DNA of 54,801 bases from an uncultured Bacillales bacterium (lineage in GTDB: Bacteria; Bacillota_I; Bacilli_A; RF39; UBA660), in assembly GCA_947168965.1 (NCBI GenBank), contig CAMVNW010000002.1, forward strand, positions 1-54,801. The letters run 5' to 3'. This document shows positions 19,143-28,734 of the stretch, in pieces. The first letter of the stretch is position 1. Each line of letters starts with the position of its first letter. The position numbers and the translations under genes were made by a program. Under the pieces are notes generated by a model. That model was given only the letters and a program-made list of their open reading frames with translations. It did not search any database and was not told the DNA's origin.

Positions 19143-19930
19143 TGAGTAGAGTTTTTTTACAAATAGGAAACATACGAATATACTGGTATTCAATAATGAT
19201 ACTATTAGGAGTATTATTAGGATCATTGTTAGTAATAAAAGAATCAAAAAAATTCAACATATCAAAAAATAAAATAACAGATATGTTATTCTATACAATG
19301 ATATTTGGAATAATAGGAGCAAGACTATATTATGTAATATTTAACTTAAACTACTATTCAAAAAATATAATAGATATATTAAAAGTATGGGAAGGAGGTC
19401 TTGCCATACACGGAGGAATAATAGCAGGATCAATTTACATAATATATTACACTAAAAAAAACAACATAAATACACTTAAAATGTTAGATATATGCGTGCC
19501 AGGCGTGCTAATAGGTCAAGCACTAGGACGATGGGGAAACTTCTTTAATGGAGAAGCACATGGACCATTAACATCATTAAACCACCTAAAAGAACTACAT
19601 ATACCTAACTTTATAATAAAAGGAATGAATATAAATGGTAACTATTATATACCAACATTCTTCTATGAATCATTATGGTGCGTAATAGGACTAATAATAA
19701 TACTGTTATTTAGAAGAATAAAAAAACTTAAAATAGGACAAATAACAGGATTTTATCTAATATGGTATGGAATAGGAAGATTCATAATTGAATCATATAG
19801 AACAGATAGTCTAATGATGAATACATTAAAACAAGCACAAATAATATCAATAATAATGATTCTAATAGGAATAGTACTATTTGTAATAAGCATAAAAAAA
19901 GAAAAATATAATAAAATAGAAAAATCATAA
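19142..19930 (+). CDS. lgt: Prolipoprotein diacylglyceryl transferase
   Basis: 262 aa with motifs HGGIIAG and GRWGNFFNGEAHG. Confidence 0.9.
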   Translation: MSRVFLQIGNIRIYWYSIMILLGVLLGSLLVIKESKKFNISKNKITDMLFYTMIFGIIGARLYYVIFNLNYYSKNIIDILKVWEGGLAIHGGIIAGSIYIIYYTKKNNINTLKMLDICVPGVLIGQALGRWGNFFNGEAHGPLTSLNHLKELHIPNFIIKGMNINGNYYIPTFFYESLWCVIGLIIILLFRRIKKLKIGQITGFYLIWYGIGRFIIESYRTDSLMMNTLKQAQIISIIMILIGIVLFVISIKKEKYNKIEKS

Positions 19931-19956
19931 TAAAAAAAATTATTATGGTTTTTTTT
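19926..19956 (+). terminator. Rho-independent terminator after lgt
   Basis: CATAATAA-aaaaaa-TTATTATG followed by GTTTTTTTT. Confidence 0.5.
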
Positions 19957-20048
19957 CATAAAAAACACAATAAAAACCTCTACTATAATTTACAGAAACA
20001 ACTATAAATAGTATAATAATTAATAGTGAAAAGAAAGGGTGAACCTTT

Positions 20049-20993
20049 ATGAATAAAAAAGTAGTAGTAATGGGTGGCGGAAATGGATTGTCGACATTGC
20101 TAAGAGGATTAAAACAATTTCCATTAGACCTAACCGCAATAGTATCAGTATGTGATGATGGAAAATCAACTGGGATATTAAGAAAAGAATTTAATACACC
20201 AGCACTAGGCGATATAAGAAGAGTACTAATATCCTTATCAGAAACAGAACCATTATTTGAAAAAATGTTTAACTATAGATTTGAAACAGATAGTTATTTA
20301 AATGGACACGCAGTAGGAAATCTTTTATTACAAGCAATGACTGATATGACAGGAAGTGTATCAGATGCAATAATATCTTTAGGAAAAGTATTAAATCTAA
20401 AAGGAAAAGTAATCCCATTAACAGAAAATGGGGATATAACACTAGAAGCAGAAATGACTGATGGCACCGTAGTAGAAGGAGAACATCATATCACAGAAGC
20501 AAATAAAACAATAAAAAAGGTATATTATAAAAGAGAGCCTGAAATAACAGAAGATGCACTAAAATCAATAAAAGAAGCAGATTTAATAATATTAAGTGTA
20601 GGAAGTTTATATACTAGCATAATACCAAATCTTATACCAAAAGAAATAAAAGAAGCATTGCAAAATAGTAAAGCAAAAATAATGTATGTATGTAATATAA
20701 TGACACAACCAGGAGAAACAGATAAATTCAAAGTATCAGATCACATAAATAAACTAAACGAATACTTAGGTAATAGAAAAGTTGATATAGTAATCGCAAA
20801 TAAAGGAACAATAGATACAGACATAATAGAAAAATATGCAACATTAGAACAAAAAGATCCTGTAATTTTAGATAAACAAAACCTAAAAGGAATAGAAATA
20901 ATTAGTGATGATTTAGTAAAAGTAGAAGATGGATCATTAAGACACGACACACTAAAATTAGCGCTAAATATTTTCTCATATTTATTAAAATAA
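20049..20993 (+). CDS. yvcK: Gluconeogenesis factor YvcK (CofD-like)
   Basis: GGGNGLSTLLRGLK and IVSVCDDGKSTG motifs, followed by whiA. Confidence 0.85.
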   Translation: MNKKVVVMGGGNGLSTLLRGLKQFPLDLTAIVSVCDDGKSTGILRKEFNTPALGDIRRVLISLSETEPLFEKMFNYRFETDSYLNGHAVGNLLLQAMTDMTGSVSDAIISLGKVLNLKGKVIPLTENGDITLEAEMTDGTVVEGEHHITEANKTIKKVYYKREPEITEDALKSIKEADLIILSVGSLYTSIIPNLIPKEIKEALQNSKAKIMYVCNIMTQPGETDKFKVSDHINKLNEYLGNRKVDIVIANKGTIDTDIIEKYATLEQKDPVILDKQNLKGIEIISDDLVKVEDGSLRHDTLKLALNIFSYLLK

Positions 20994-21908
20994 ATGTCAT
21001 TTACAAGTAAAATAAAAACAGAAATAAGTAAACAAAAATATAATAGATTAGAACAAATATCATTATTGTCGGGAATATTAAAAAATGAAATAGTAGAAGA
21101 AACAATAAAAATTCAGACAGAAAACAAAGATGTTGCAAATCTAATATTTAACTTATTTCGAGAAAATTATAAAATAATACCTAAAATTACAGTCAGAAAA
21201 CTATATAACTACAATAAAAATCTAATATATATAATAGACATAACAAAAAAACAAGAAATAATAGAAGATTTGAGTTTAAACAAAATAAATCCAAGTGATT
21301 ATATAATTGATGATGACAACCTAATTAGATCCTATATAAAAGGAGTATTTATCGCAAAAGGTAGTATAAATGATCCTAAAACATCAAGATATCATATGGA
21401 AATAGTAGTGGATAATAAAGAATATTCAGAATTAATAAATAACATATTAAATCAATACAAATTAAATAGTAAAATCTTAAAAAGAGAAAACAAATATATG
21501 ATATACATAAAAGAAGCAGAAAAAATAGGAGACTTTTTAAGACTAATTGGAACAACGAAAGCATTACTATATTATGAAGATATAAGAATTTATAGAGATC
21601 ATATAAATATGACAAATAGATTAAATAATTGTGAGCAAGCAAATGTAGACAGAATAATAAAAACTGCAGATGACCAAATAAAAGACATAGAATTAATAAA
21701 AAAATATGGACTAGAACTTTTATCAGAAAAAGAGCAATTAGCTGCACAATATAGATTAAAATATAAAGATGCATCCCTTCAAGAATTAAGTGAAATAATT
21801 TCATTAGAAACAAATCAAAAAATAACAAAACCAGGATTGCATCATAGATTTGATAAAATAAAGAAATTAGCACAAAAAATAAGAGAAAAGGAGCATCAAA
21901 ATGAATAA
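20994..21908 (+). CDS. whiA: Sporulation/cell-division regulator WhiA
   Basis: 304 aa with LAGLIDADG-like repeats and a C-terminal HTH. ATG directly abuts the yvcK stop. Confidence 0.9.
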   Translation: MSFTSKIKTEISKQKYNRLEQISLLSGILKNEIVEETIKIQTENKDVANLIFNLFRENYKIIPKITVRKLYNYNKNLIYIIDITKKQEIIEDLSLNKINPSDYIIDDDNLIRSYIKGVFIAKGSINDPKTSRYHMEIVVDNKEYSELINNILNQYKLNSKILKRENKYMIYIKEAEKIGDFLRLIGTTKALLYYEDIRIYRDHINMTNRLNNCEQANVDRIIKTADDQIKDIELIKKYGLELLSEKEQLAAQYRLKYKDASLQELSEIISLETNQKITKPGLHHRFDKIKKLAQKIREKEHQNE

Positions 21909-22848
21909 TTTTTTTAAAAAATTAGATGAAGAAATAAAAAAACATAAAAATATAATAATAATGGGGCATATTAACCCAGATCTAGACTGTATAGGTTCAT
22001 CATTAGGACTATACTACGGAATAGAAAAAAACGTATATATTTTTAAAACAAAAGACAAAGTAAATGATTCTATGAAAAAAGCATTTAAAATTCTAGAACA
22101 AGAAAACATAAGATTTATAGACAAAACAAACTATAAAGAATATTTAGAAAAACCATTGTTAATAATAACAGATTTACATAGAAAAAGTTTGCTAGAACAT
22201 GAAGAAATACTAGACGAAATAGAAGATGTAGTAATAGTAGATCATCATATAGTTGGAAAAGACAAAATAGAATCAAAACTTGAGTACATAGACTCCAAAT
22301 CATCAAGTGCAACAGAAATAGTAGCTCACTATTTGAAATATAAGGAAAAACAAGTTAATAGTAAAATAGCAACTATAATGCTTGCAGGAATAGAAATAGA
22401 CACTAATGGCTACAATATGAAAACAACAGAAAAAACATTTAAAACAGCAGCAGAATTAATGAGTATGGGAGCAGACAATATATTAAAACAAAATATATTA
22501 AAAATAAAAAAAGAAGATTATATAAATAGGACAAAACAAATACAAAATAGCTACATGATAAATAATATGATGATATGCAAACTAGAAGGAAACAACTATA
22601 ATCCATCATATCTAGCAACAATGTCAGAAGATTTACTTAGATTTGATAAAGTAGAAGCATCATTCACATTAGGAGAATTATCAAATAAAAAAATAGGAAT
22701 AAGCGCAAGATCTCTAGGTAATATAAATGTAGAACAAATAATGTCATTCCTTGGAGGTGGAGGCCACCTAACAGATGCCGCTTGTCAAATAGAATCAGAC
22801 ATTAATCAAGCAGAAAATCAACTAATAAATACATTAAAGGAGGTATAG
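21901..22848 (+). CDS. Stand-alone DHH/DHHA1 phosphoesterase (NrnA/Pde2-like)
   Basis: Motifs GHINPDLDCIGS, VIVDHH and GGGGH. 315 aa with no TM, PAS or GGDEF region. Occupies the position upstream of rplI-dnaB where B. subtilis has gdpP (yybT). Confidence 0.8.
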   Translation: MNNFFKKLDEEIKKHKNIIIMGHINPDLDCIGSSLGLYYGIEKNVYIFKTKDKVNDSMKKAFKILEQENIRFIDKTNYKEYLEKPLLIITDLHRKSLLEHEEILDEIEDVVIVDHHIVGKDKIESKLEYIDSKSSSATEIVAHYLKYKEKQVNSKIATIMLAGIEIDTNGYNMKTTEKTFKTAAELMSMGADNILKQNILKIKKEDYINRTKQIQNSYMINNMMICKLEGNNYNPSYLATMSEDLLRFDKVEASFTLGELSNKKIGISARSLGNINVEQIMSFLGGGGHLTDAACQIESDINQAENQLINTLKEV

Positions 22849-22849
22849 C

Positions 22850-23290
22850 ATGAAAGTTATATTCATAAAAGATGTAAAAGGACAAGGAAAAAAAGGAGAA
22901 ATAAAAGAAGTAAAAGATGGTTACGGAATGAACTTTTTAATAAAAAATAAATATGCAGTAAAAGCTTCAGATACAAGCGTAAATAGACTAAAAAAAGAAA
23001 AAGCAGAACATGCATTAGAAGAAAATTTATTAATAAAAGATATGGAAGACCTAAAGAAAAAACTAGAAAAAGAAAAAATAATATTTAAAGCAAAAACAGG
23101 TGCTCAGGACCAAATGTTTGGAACGGTATCAGTAAAACAGATAAAAGAAAAATTATCTGAACTTGGATACAAAATAAAAAAACAAGACATACACCTAGAA
23201 TTTCCACTACAAACAATAGGATTTCATGAAGTCGAAATAGAATTACATAAAAAAGTAATCGCAAAAATCAAAGTAGAAATAAAGAAGTAA
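22850..23290 (+). CDS. rplI: 50S ribosomal protein L9
   Basis: MKVIFIKDVKGQGKKGEIKEVKDGY is a canonical L9 N-terminus. Confidence 0.95.
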   Translation: MKVIFIKDVKGQGKKGEIKEVKDGYGMNFLIKNKYAVKASDTSVNRLKKEKAEHALEENLLIKDMEDLKKKLEKEKIIFKAKTGAQDQMFGTVSVKQIKEKLSELGYKIKKQDIHLEFPLQTIGFHEVEIELHKKVIAKIKVEIKK

Positions 23291-23299
23291 GGTGATACA

Positions 23300-24637
23300 A
23301 TGGAAAAAACAATGCCACATAATATAGACGCAGAAAAATCGGTATTGGGATCAATGTTTTTATCAAAATATGCAACACAAAAAGCACTAGAATCATTGAA
23401 CAAAGACTTATTCTATCTAGATGCAAATCAAAAAATATTTGAAGCAATAAAAACACTACGAGAAAAACTAATATCAATAGATATGACTACCGTTACAGAA
23501 GAATTAGAAAACAAGAAACAATTAAAACAAATAGGTGGAATAGAATATCTAACAGAAATAATAAACTTTGTACCAACAGCAGCAAACATAGATGAGTATA
23601 TTAGAATAGTAGAAGAAAAAGCAATACTAAGAAGATTAATAGAAGAAGCAACACAAATTGTATCATCAGGTTATAATCAAGAAGAAGATATTAGTGAAGT
23701 ATTAGATAATGCAGAAAAGAAAATATTAAACGTTGTAAAAACAAAAAAAGGAACAGAATTTAGAAGTATACAAGATGTATTATTAAAAACACAAAGTGAC
23801 CTAGAAAAGCTTTCTCAACAAAAAGGAGAAATAACAGGAATACCAACTGGTTTTTATGATTTAGATAAAGTAACAAGTGGACTACATGAAAACGAATTAA
23901 TAATAATAGCAGCACGTCCAGCCATGGGAAAAACAGCATTCGCGCTTAATCTAGCAACAAACATAGCAATGAACACAGATAAAACAGTCGCACTATTCAA
24001 TATGGAAATGAGCGGAGAACAACTAGCAATGAGAATGTTATCAAGTGTAGGACAAATAGAAGCAAACAAACTAAGAAGTGGAAAACTAGAACATCATGAT
24101 TGGAAAAAATTCAATGAAGCAATGAGTAGACTTGCAGAAACAAAGCTATTTATAGATGATACAGCAGGAATGACAATAAGCGAAATAAAAGCAAAATGTA
24201 GAAGACTATATAACTCAGAAGGTGGACTAGGAATAGTAATAATAGACTACCTACAATTAATAAGCGGTTCAGCTAGATATGCAGGAAATAGACAACAAGA
24301 AGTATCAGAAATATCAAGATCATTAAAAACACTTGCAATGGAATTAAATATACCAGTAATCGCACTAGCCCAACTATCTCGTACAGTTGAAGGAAGAGAA
24401 GACAAACGTCCACTATTAAGTGATCTAAGAGAATCAGGTTCTATTGAACAAGATGCAGATATAGTTGCATTCCTATATAGAGAAGACTACTATACAAAAC
24501 AAATATCAATAGATGAAAACACATCAAAAAGTGAATTCATAATAGCAAAAAACAGAAGTGGTCCAACAACAACAGTAGACTTAATATTTAGAAGAAACGT
24601 AAGTACATTCGTAAATATGTTAAAGGAGCAAGCATGA
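23300..24637 (+). CDS. dnaB: Replicative DNA helicase (DnaB family; DnaC in B. subtilis nomenclature)
   Basis: 445 aa with Walker A ARPAMGKTAF, Walker B VIIDYLQL, and N-terminal PHNIDAEKSVLGSM. Confidence 0.95.
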   Translation: MEKTMPHNIDAEKSVLGSMFLSKYATQKALESLNKDLFYLDANQKIFEAIKTLREKLISIDMTTVTEELENKKQLKQIGGIEYLTEIINFVPTAANIDEYIRIVEEKAILRRLIEEATQIVSSGYNQEEDISEVLDNAEKKILNVVKTKKGTEFRSIQDVLLKTQSDLEKLSQQKGEITGIPTGFYDLDKVTSGLHENELIIIAARPAMGKTAFALNLATNIAMNTDKTVALFNMEMSGEQLAMRMLSSVGQIEANKLRSGKLEHHDWKKFNEAMSRLAETKLFIDDTAGMTISEIKAKCRRLYNSEGGLGIVIIDYLQLISGSARYAGNRQQEVSEISRSLKTLAMELNIPVIALAQLSRTVEGREDKRPLLSDLRESGSIEQDADIVAFLYREDYYTKQISIDENTSKSEFIIAKNRSGPTTTVDLIFRRNVSTFVNMLKEQA

Positions 24638-25386
24638 GAGTTTGCGTATTAGCATCTGGATCAAAAGGAAACTGCTGTTACATAGAAACAAAACAAACAA
24701 AAATACTAATAGATATTGGATTAAACTCATTAACAACAGAAAGAAAATTAAAAGAAATAAATGTAGATCCAGATGAAATAGAAGGTATATTTATAACCCA
24801 TACTCATAAAGATCACGTAGAAGGACTAAGAGTATTCAATAAAAAACATAAAGCAAAAGCATACCTAACAGAAATAATGTATAAAGAATTAAACCAAGAA
24901 CTAAAAAACTATGAATTTATAAATGATAAAACAATAATAAAAGACATAACCGTAACAGCCATAAAAACATCCCATGATGCAGAAGATTCAAACGGTTATA
25001 TCATAGAAAATGAAGAAAAAGAAGTAGTATATATAACAGATACAGGATATATAAATATAAAAAATCATAAACTATTAAAAAATAAAAATATGTATATATT
25101 AGAAAGTAATCATGACGTTGAAATGCTTATGAATAATCCAAATTATCCATATCATATAAAACAAAGAATACTAGGAGATAAAGGACACTTGTCAAACAAA
25201 GACTCATCCTACTATCTAAAAAAATTCATAGGAGATAACACAAAACATATAATACTAGCCCATCTAAGTGAACACAACAACACAGATGAATTAGCGCTCA
25301 AAACATTAAAAGACACAATAGGAGATAATAATATTGATATAACAGTAGCGTATCAAGAAAAACAAACGGAGTTAATAGAAGTATGA
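24634..25386 (+). CDS. MBL-fold metallo-hydrolase, YycJ/WalJ-like
   Basis: THTHKDH motif. Overlaps the dnaB stop and is followed by rlmH, as yycJ is in Bacilli. Confidence 0.8.
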   Translation: MRVCVLASGSKGNCCYIETKQTKILIDIGLNSLTTERKLKEINVDPDEIEGIFITHTHKDHVEGLRVFNKKHKAKAYLTEIMYKELNQELKNYEFINDKTIIKDITVTAIKTSHDAEDSNGYIIENEEKEVVYITDTGYINIKNHKLLKNKNMYILESNHDVEMLMNNPNYPYHIKQRILGDKGHLSNKDSSYYLKKFIGDNTKHIILAHLSEHNNTDELALKTLKDTIGDNNIDITVAYQEKQTELIEV

Positions 25387-25838
25387 TAAAAATAATATGT
25401 GTAGGCAAAATAAAAGAAAAATTCTTTAAAGAAGCACTAGAAGAATATAAAAAAAGAATATCAAAATATACAAAAATAAATGTTATAGAAGTAGAAGACA
25501 TTAACTTAAATAATGAAGAGTTAATAAAACAAAAAGAGAAAGAACTAATATTAAAACATATAGATAAAAAAGACTATATAATTACACTAGAAATAGAAGG
25601 AAAAGAATTATCTAGTATAGAACTATCAAAAAAAATAGAAGAACTAGAAACAATCAATCCAAATATAACATTTATAATAGGTGGTTCATATGGACTAGAT
25701 GAAGAAATAAAAAACATATCTAACTACAAACTATCATTCTCAAAACTAACATTTCCACATCAACTATTTAGAGTAATACTTCTAGAACAAATATATAGAT
25801 CATATAAAATAAAAAATAATGAATCTTATCACAAATAG
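25383..25838 (+). CDS. rlmH: 23S rRNA (pseudouridine1915-N3)-methyltransferase RlmH
   Basis: 151 aa SPOUT protein with MIKIICVGKIK... and FIIGGSYGL. Confidence 0.9.
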   Translation: MIKIICVGKIKEKFFKEALEEYKKRISKYTKINVIEVEDINLNNEELIKQKEKELILKHIDKKDYIITLEIEGKELSSIELSKKIEELETINPNITFIIGGSYGLDEEIKNISNYKLSFSKLTFPHQLFRVILLEQIYRSYKIKNNESYHK

Positions 25839-25847
25839 GCGAAAAAT

Positions 25848-26636
25848 ATGAAAGAAAAAATAAAGCCGTTAGGGAATTTATTAACGGTAATGTTAATATT
25901 AATAATAGTAGAAATATTATTTGGAACATTAAATGATCTATTGAATTCAATAATAAAAATAGAAATATCAAAATCAATATTATTAACTATATCCATGATA
26001 GTATCAAGTATATTTATAATTTTATATACTAAAAAAACAACAGGTAAAAATATAAAAGAAAGAATAAAAAAAATAGATATTCCAACAATCATTATCTGGT
26101 TATTATATGCAAAAGCATTAATGATAGTATTAATGAATATATCAGAATTAATATTATCAAAAAGAATAAGTATTGAAAACCAAACAACATTAGAAAACAC
26201 ATTGTACTTTATTATAAATGCAATAATAATAGGGCCAATAATGGAAGAAATAATATTTAGATATTCATCGATTGAACTATTAAGAGAAAAATATAAATCA
26301 TGGACAATAATAATCCTTTTAAGTATTTTATTCACACTTTTTCACTCATATAATATACAAGGAAGAATAACAATACTTATATTAGGATTAGCCTTGTCAA
26401 TAGTTTATTATTATACAAAAAATATATTAAACACTATAATAATACATATAATATATAATGTAATAGAATTAATAGATACAAGTAAAATAGTATTATTTAA
26501 TAGCCCAATATATTACAAAAAAAATGGCTTCATAGTGTATAGTACTCCATGTATAATAATCTCATTAATAATTATAGTATTATCAATAATATATATAAAA
26601 AAGATTTTTATGAAAAAATATATAAAAAATGTATAA
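25848..26636 (+). CDS. CPBP-family intramembrane glutamic endopeptidase (CAAX protease-like)
   Basis: Motifs EEIIFRY, FTLFHSY and HIIYN within a polytopic membrane protein. Confidence 0.75.
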   Translation: MKEKIKPLGNLLTVMLILIIVEILFGTLNDLLNSIIKIEISKSILLTISMIVSSIFIILYTKKTTGKNIKERIKKIDIPTIIIWLLYAKALMIVLMNISELILSKRISIENQTTLENTLYFIINAIIIGPIMEEIIFRYSSIELLREKYKSWTIIILLSILFTLFHSYNIQGRITILILGLALSIVYYYTKNILNTIIIHIIYNVIELIDTSKIVLFNSPIYYKKNGFIVYSTPCIIISLIIIVLSIIYIKKIFMKKYIKNV

Positions 26637-26682
26637 AAAAAATAGATCGTTCCAATATGAAATAGAAGGGAACGATTTTTTA

Positions 26683-27213
26683 ATGAAAAAAACAATATTA
26701 GTATTAGGATTAATAATAATAACATACATGTTTATAGGCGTAAAAGCAGAAGAACTAGTAGAAATACCAGAAGACTCAATAAGAATAAGAGTAATAGGAA
26801 ATAGTGACTCAGAATATGACCAAGAAAAGAAACAAGAAATAAGAAAAGAAGTACAATTATATATGCAAAATTTACTAAAGAACGCTAAAAATACTGAAGA
26901 AGCTAGAAACATAATAAACGATAATTTAAAAAATATAAATAACGAACTAGACAACTACTTAACACAAATAAACTATGATAAAGAATACACTATTAATTTT
27001 GGATTAAATTACTTTCCAGAAAAGGAATATAAGGGAATAAAATATAAAGAAGGATTATATGAATCATTATTAATCACACTTGGAGAAGGAAAAGGAAAGA
27101 ACTGGTGGTGTGTATTATTCCCACCAATATGCCTTTTAGAAGCAGAAGAAACAGAAACAAACGAAGTAGAATACAAATCATTTGTAAAAGAAATAATAGA
27201 AAAATATTTCTAA
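26683..27213 (+). CDS. spoIIR: Stage II sporulation protein R
   Basis: IRIRVIGNSDSEYDQ and NWWCVLFPPICL match SpoIIR hallmarks. Signal-anchor MKKTILVLGLIII follows the SD GAAGGGA. The track start at 26629 is probably too far upstream. Confidence 0.8.
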   Translation: MKKTILVLGLIIITYMFIGVKAEELVEIPEDSIRIRVIGNSDSEYDQEKKQEIRKEVQLYMQNLLKNAKNTEEARNIINDNLKNINNELDNYLTQINYDKEYTINFGLNYFPEKEYKGIKYKEGLYESLLITLGEGKGKNWWCVLFPPICLLEAEETETNEVEYKSFVKEIIEKYF

Positions 27214-27217
27214 AAAG

Positions 27218-27247
27218 AACCTCCATACATAAAATTAAATGGAGGTT
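27218..27247 (+). promoter_or_regulatory. Hairpin sequestering the mntP Shine-Dalgarno (also a weak spoIIR terminator)
   Basis: AACCTCCAT-12 nt-ATGGAGGTT. The right arm contains the GGAGG that sits 7 nt upstream of the mntP ATG. Confidence 0.4.
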
Positions 27248-27252
27248 TTAAT

Positions 27253-27783
27253 ATGTCAATATATGTAATAATATTAATAGCAGTATCTCTAAGTATGGAT
27301 GCATTTTCATTAGCGCTCGCATACGGTACACTAAACCTAGAAAACAAATATATAAAAAAACTATCAATAATAGTAGGAATATATCACTTTATAATGCCAT
27401 TAATAGGTCTAACACTTGGAAATATATTGTTAAAACTAATACCAATAGATCCAAACATAATAGTATGCGTAGTATTAACTTTTATAGGAATAGAAATGAT
27501 TATAGACTCATTTAAAAATGAAGACGAAATAAAAATAATGACAATTAAAGAAATGATACTATTTGGATTAGCTGTAAGTTTAGACTCATTCTCTGTAGGA
27601 ATAGGATTAGAAGCAATAACAAATAACTATATACTATCAGTAACAATGTTTTCATTATCAAGCTTTATATTCACATATATTGGACTTGCAATAGGTAAAA
27701 AAATAAATAATCTAATAGGAAAAATTTCAACACTAATAGGCGGAATAACACTAATAGTAATAGGAATAGTATATATACTATAA
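27253..27783 (+). CDS. mntP: Manganese efflux pump MntP (YwlD)
   Basis: 176 aa with six TM segments. Duplicated SMDAFS / SLDSFS motifs. Confidence 0.85.
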   Translation: MSIYVIILIAVSLSMDAFSLALAYGTLNLENKYIKKLSIIVGIYHFIMPLIGLTLGNILLKLIPIDPNIIVCVVLTFIGIEMIIDSFKNEDEIKIMTIKEMILFGLAVSLDSFSVGIGLEAITNNYILSVTMFSLSSFIFTYIGLAIGKKINNLIGKISTLIGGITLIVIGIVYIL

Positions 27784-27820
27784 TTTTACTAAATATTTAC
27801 AAAAAAAAGAAATAATAATA

Positions 27821-27849
27821 TTGCTTTTATTAAACATTTTAAATATAAT
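27821..27849 (+). promoter_or_regulatory. Candidate sigma-A promoter for fba
   Basis: TTGCTT, 17 nt, TATAAT. Confidence 0.5.
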
Positions 27850-27867
27850 AAAACATAGGTGATGTAC

Positions 27868-28683
27868 ATGCTTACTAATATGAAACAAGAAATATTAAAC
27901 GCAAAAAAAAACAAACAGGCAATTCCACAATTTAATATTAATAATCTAGAATGGACAAAATTCATATTAGAAGAATGTCAAAAAGAAAATTGTCCAGTAA
28001 TATTAGGAGTAAGTGAAAGTGCTATTGAATATATGGGAGGATATAATACAGTAGTAAACCTAGTAAAAGGATTAATTAAAGATTTAAAAATTACAATACC
28101 AGTATCAATTCACCTAGATCATGGAAGCTCATTAGAATCATGTATAAAAGCAATTACAGCAGGATTTACAAGTATAATGTTAGATAAATCAAAAGAAATA
28201 TTAGAAATAAATATAAAAGAAACAGAACAATTGATAGAAAAAGCACATCCAAATATTCTAGTAGAAGCAGAAATAGGACCTATAGGTACAACAATAAATA
28301 ACAGCAAATACACAAATTTTGAAGATTGTAAAGAATTAGTAAAAACAAAAATAGATTTATTAGCCCCTGCAATAGGAAATAAACATGGTATATATGAAGG
28401 ACAAGCTGAATTAGATTATAATTTACTAGAAAAAATAAACAAATTAGACATACCACTAGTATTACATGGAGCAAGTGGACTATCCAAAGAAGATATAAAA
28501 AAATGTATAGAACTAGGAATAGTAAAAATAAACTATAACACTGACTTACAATTAGCATGGGCAGAAGCAGTAAAAAAATATATAAATAAAAACAAAGAAG
28601 AATATGATCCGAGAAAAATAATTAAATCAGGAGAAATAGCACTAAAAACAGTAATAAAAGAAAAAATAAATCAATTAAGATAG
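27868..28683 (+). CDS. fba: Class II fructose-bisphosphate aldolase
   Basis: IHLDHG, GNKHG and LVLHGASG motifs. The start is ambiguous (27859 GTG, 27868 ATG, 27880 ATG). I chose 27868 because it lies 5 nt from AGGTGA. Confidence 0.8.
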   Translation: MLTNMKQEILNAKKNKQAIPQFNINNLEWTKFILEECQKENCPVILGVSESAIEYMGGYNTVVNLVKGLIKDLKITIPVSIHLDHGSSLESCIKAITAGFTSIMLDKSKEILEINIKETEQLIEKAHPNILVEAEIGPIGTTINNSKYTNFEDCKELVKTKIDLLAPAIGNKHGIYEGQAELDYNLLEKINKLDIPLVLHGASGLSKEDIKKCIELGIVKINYNTDLQLAWAEAVKKYINKNKEEYDPRKIIKSGEIALKTVIKEKINQLR

Positions 28684-28734
28684 GCAAAATCACATAATGC
28701 AACAATAAACATAAAATAAATCGGAGGTAAAACT

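Noticed and set aside
27214-27252. Expected yybP-ykoY manganese riboswitch upstream of mntP
   Set aside because: The gap is only 39 nt, too short for the riboswitch. Only a simple hairpin is present, and it is reported separately.
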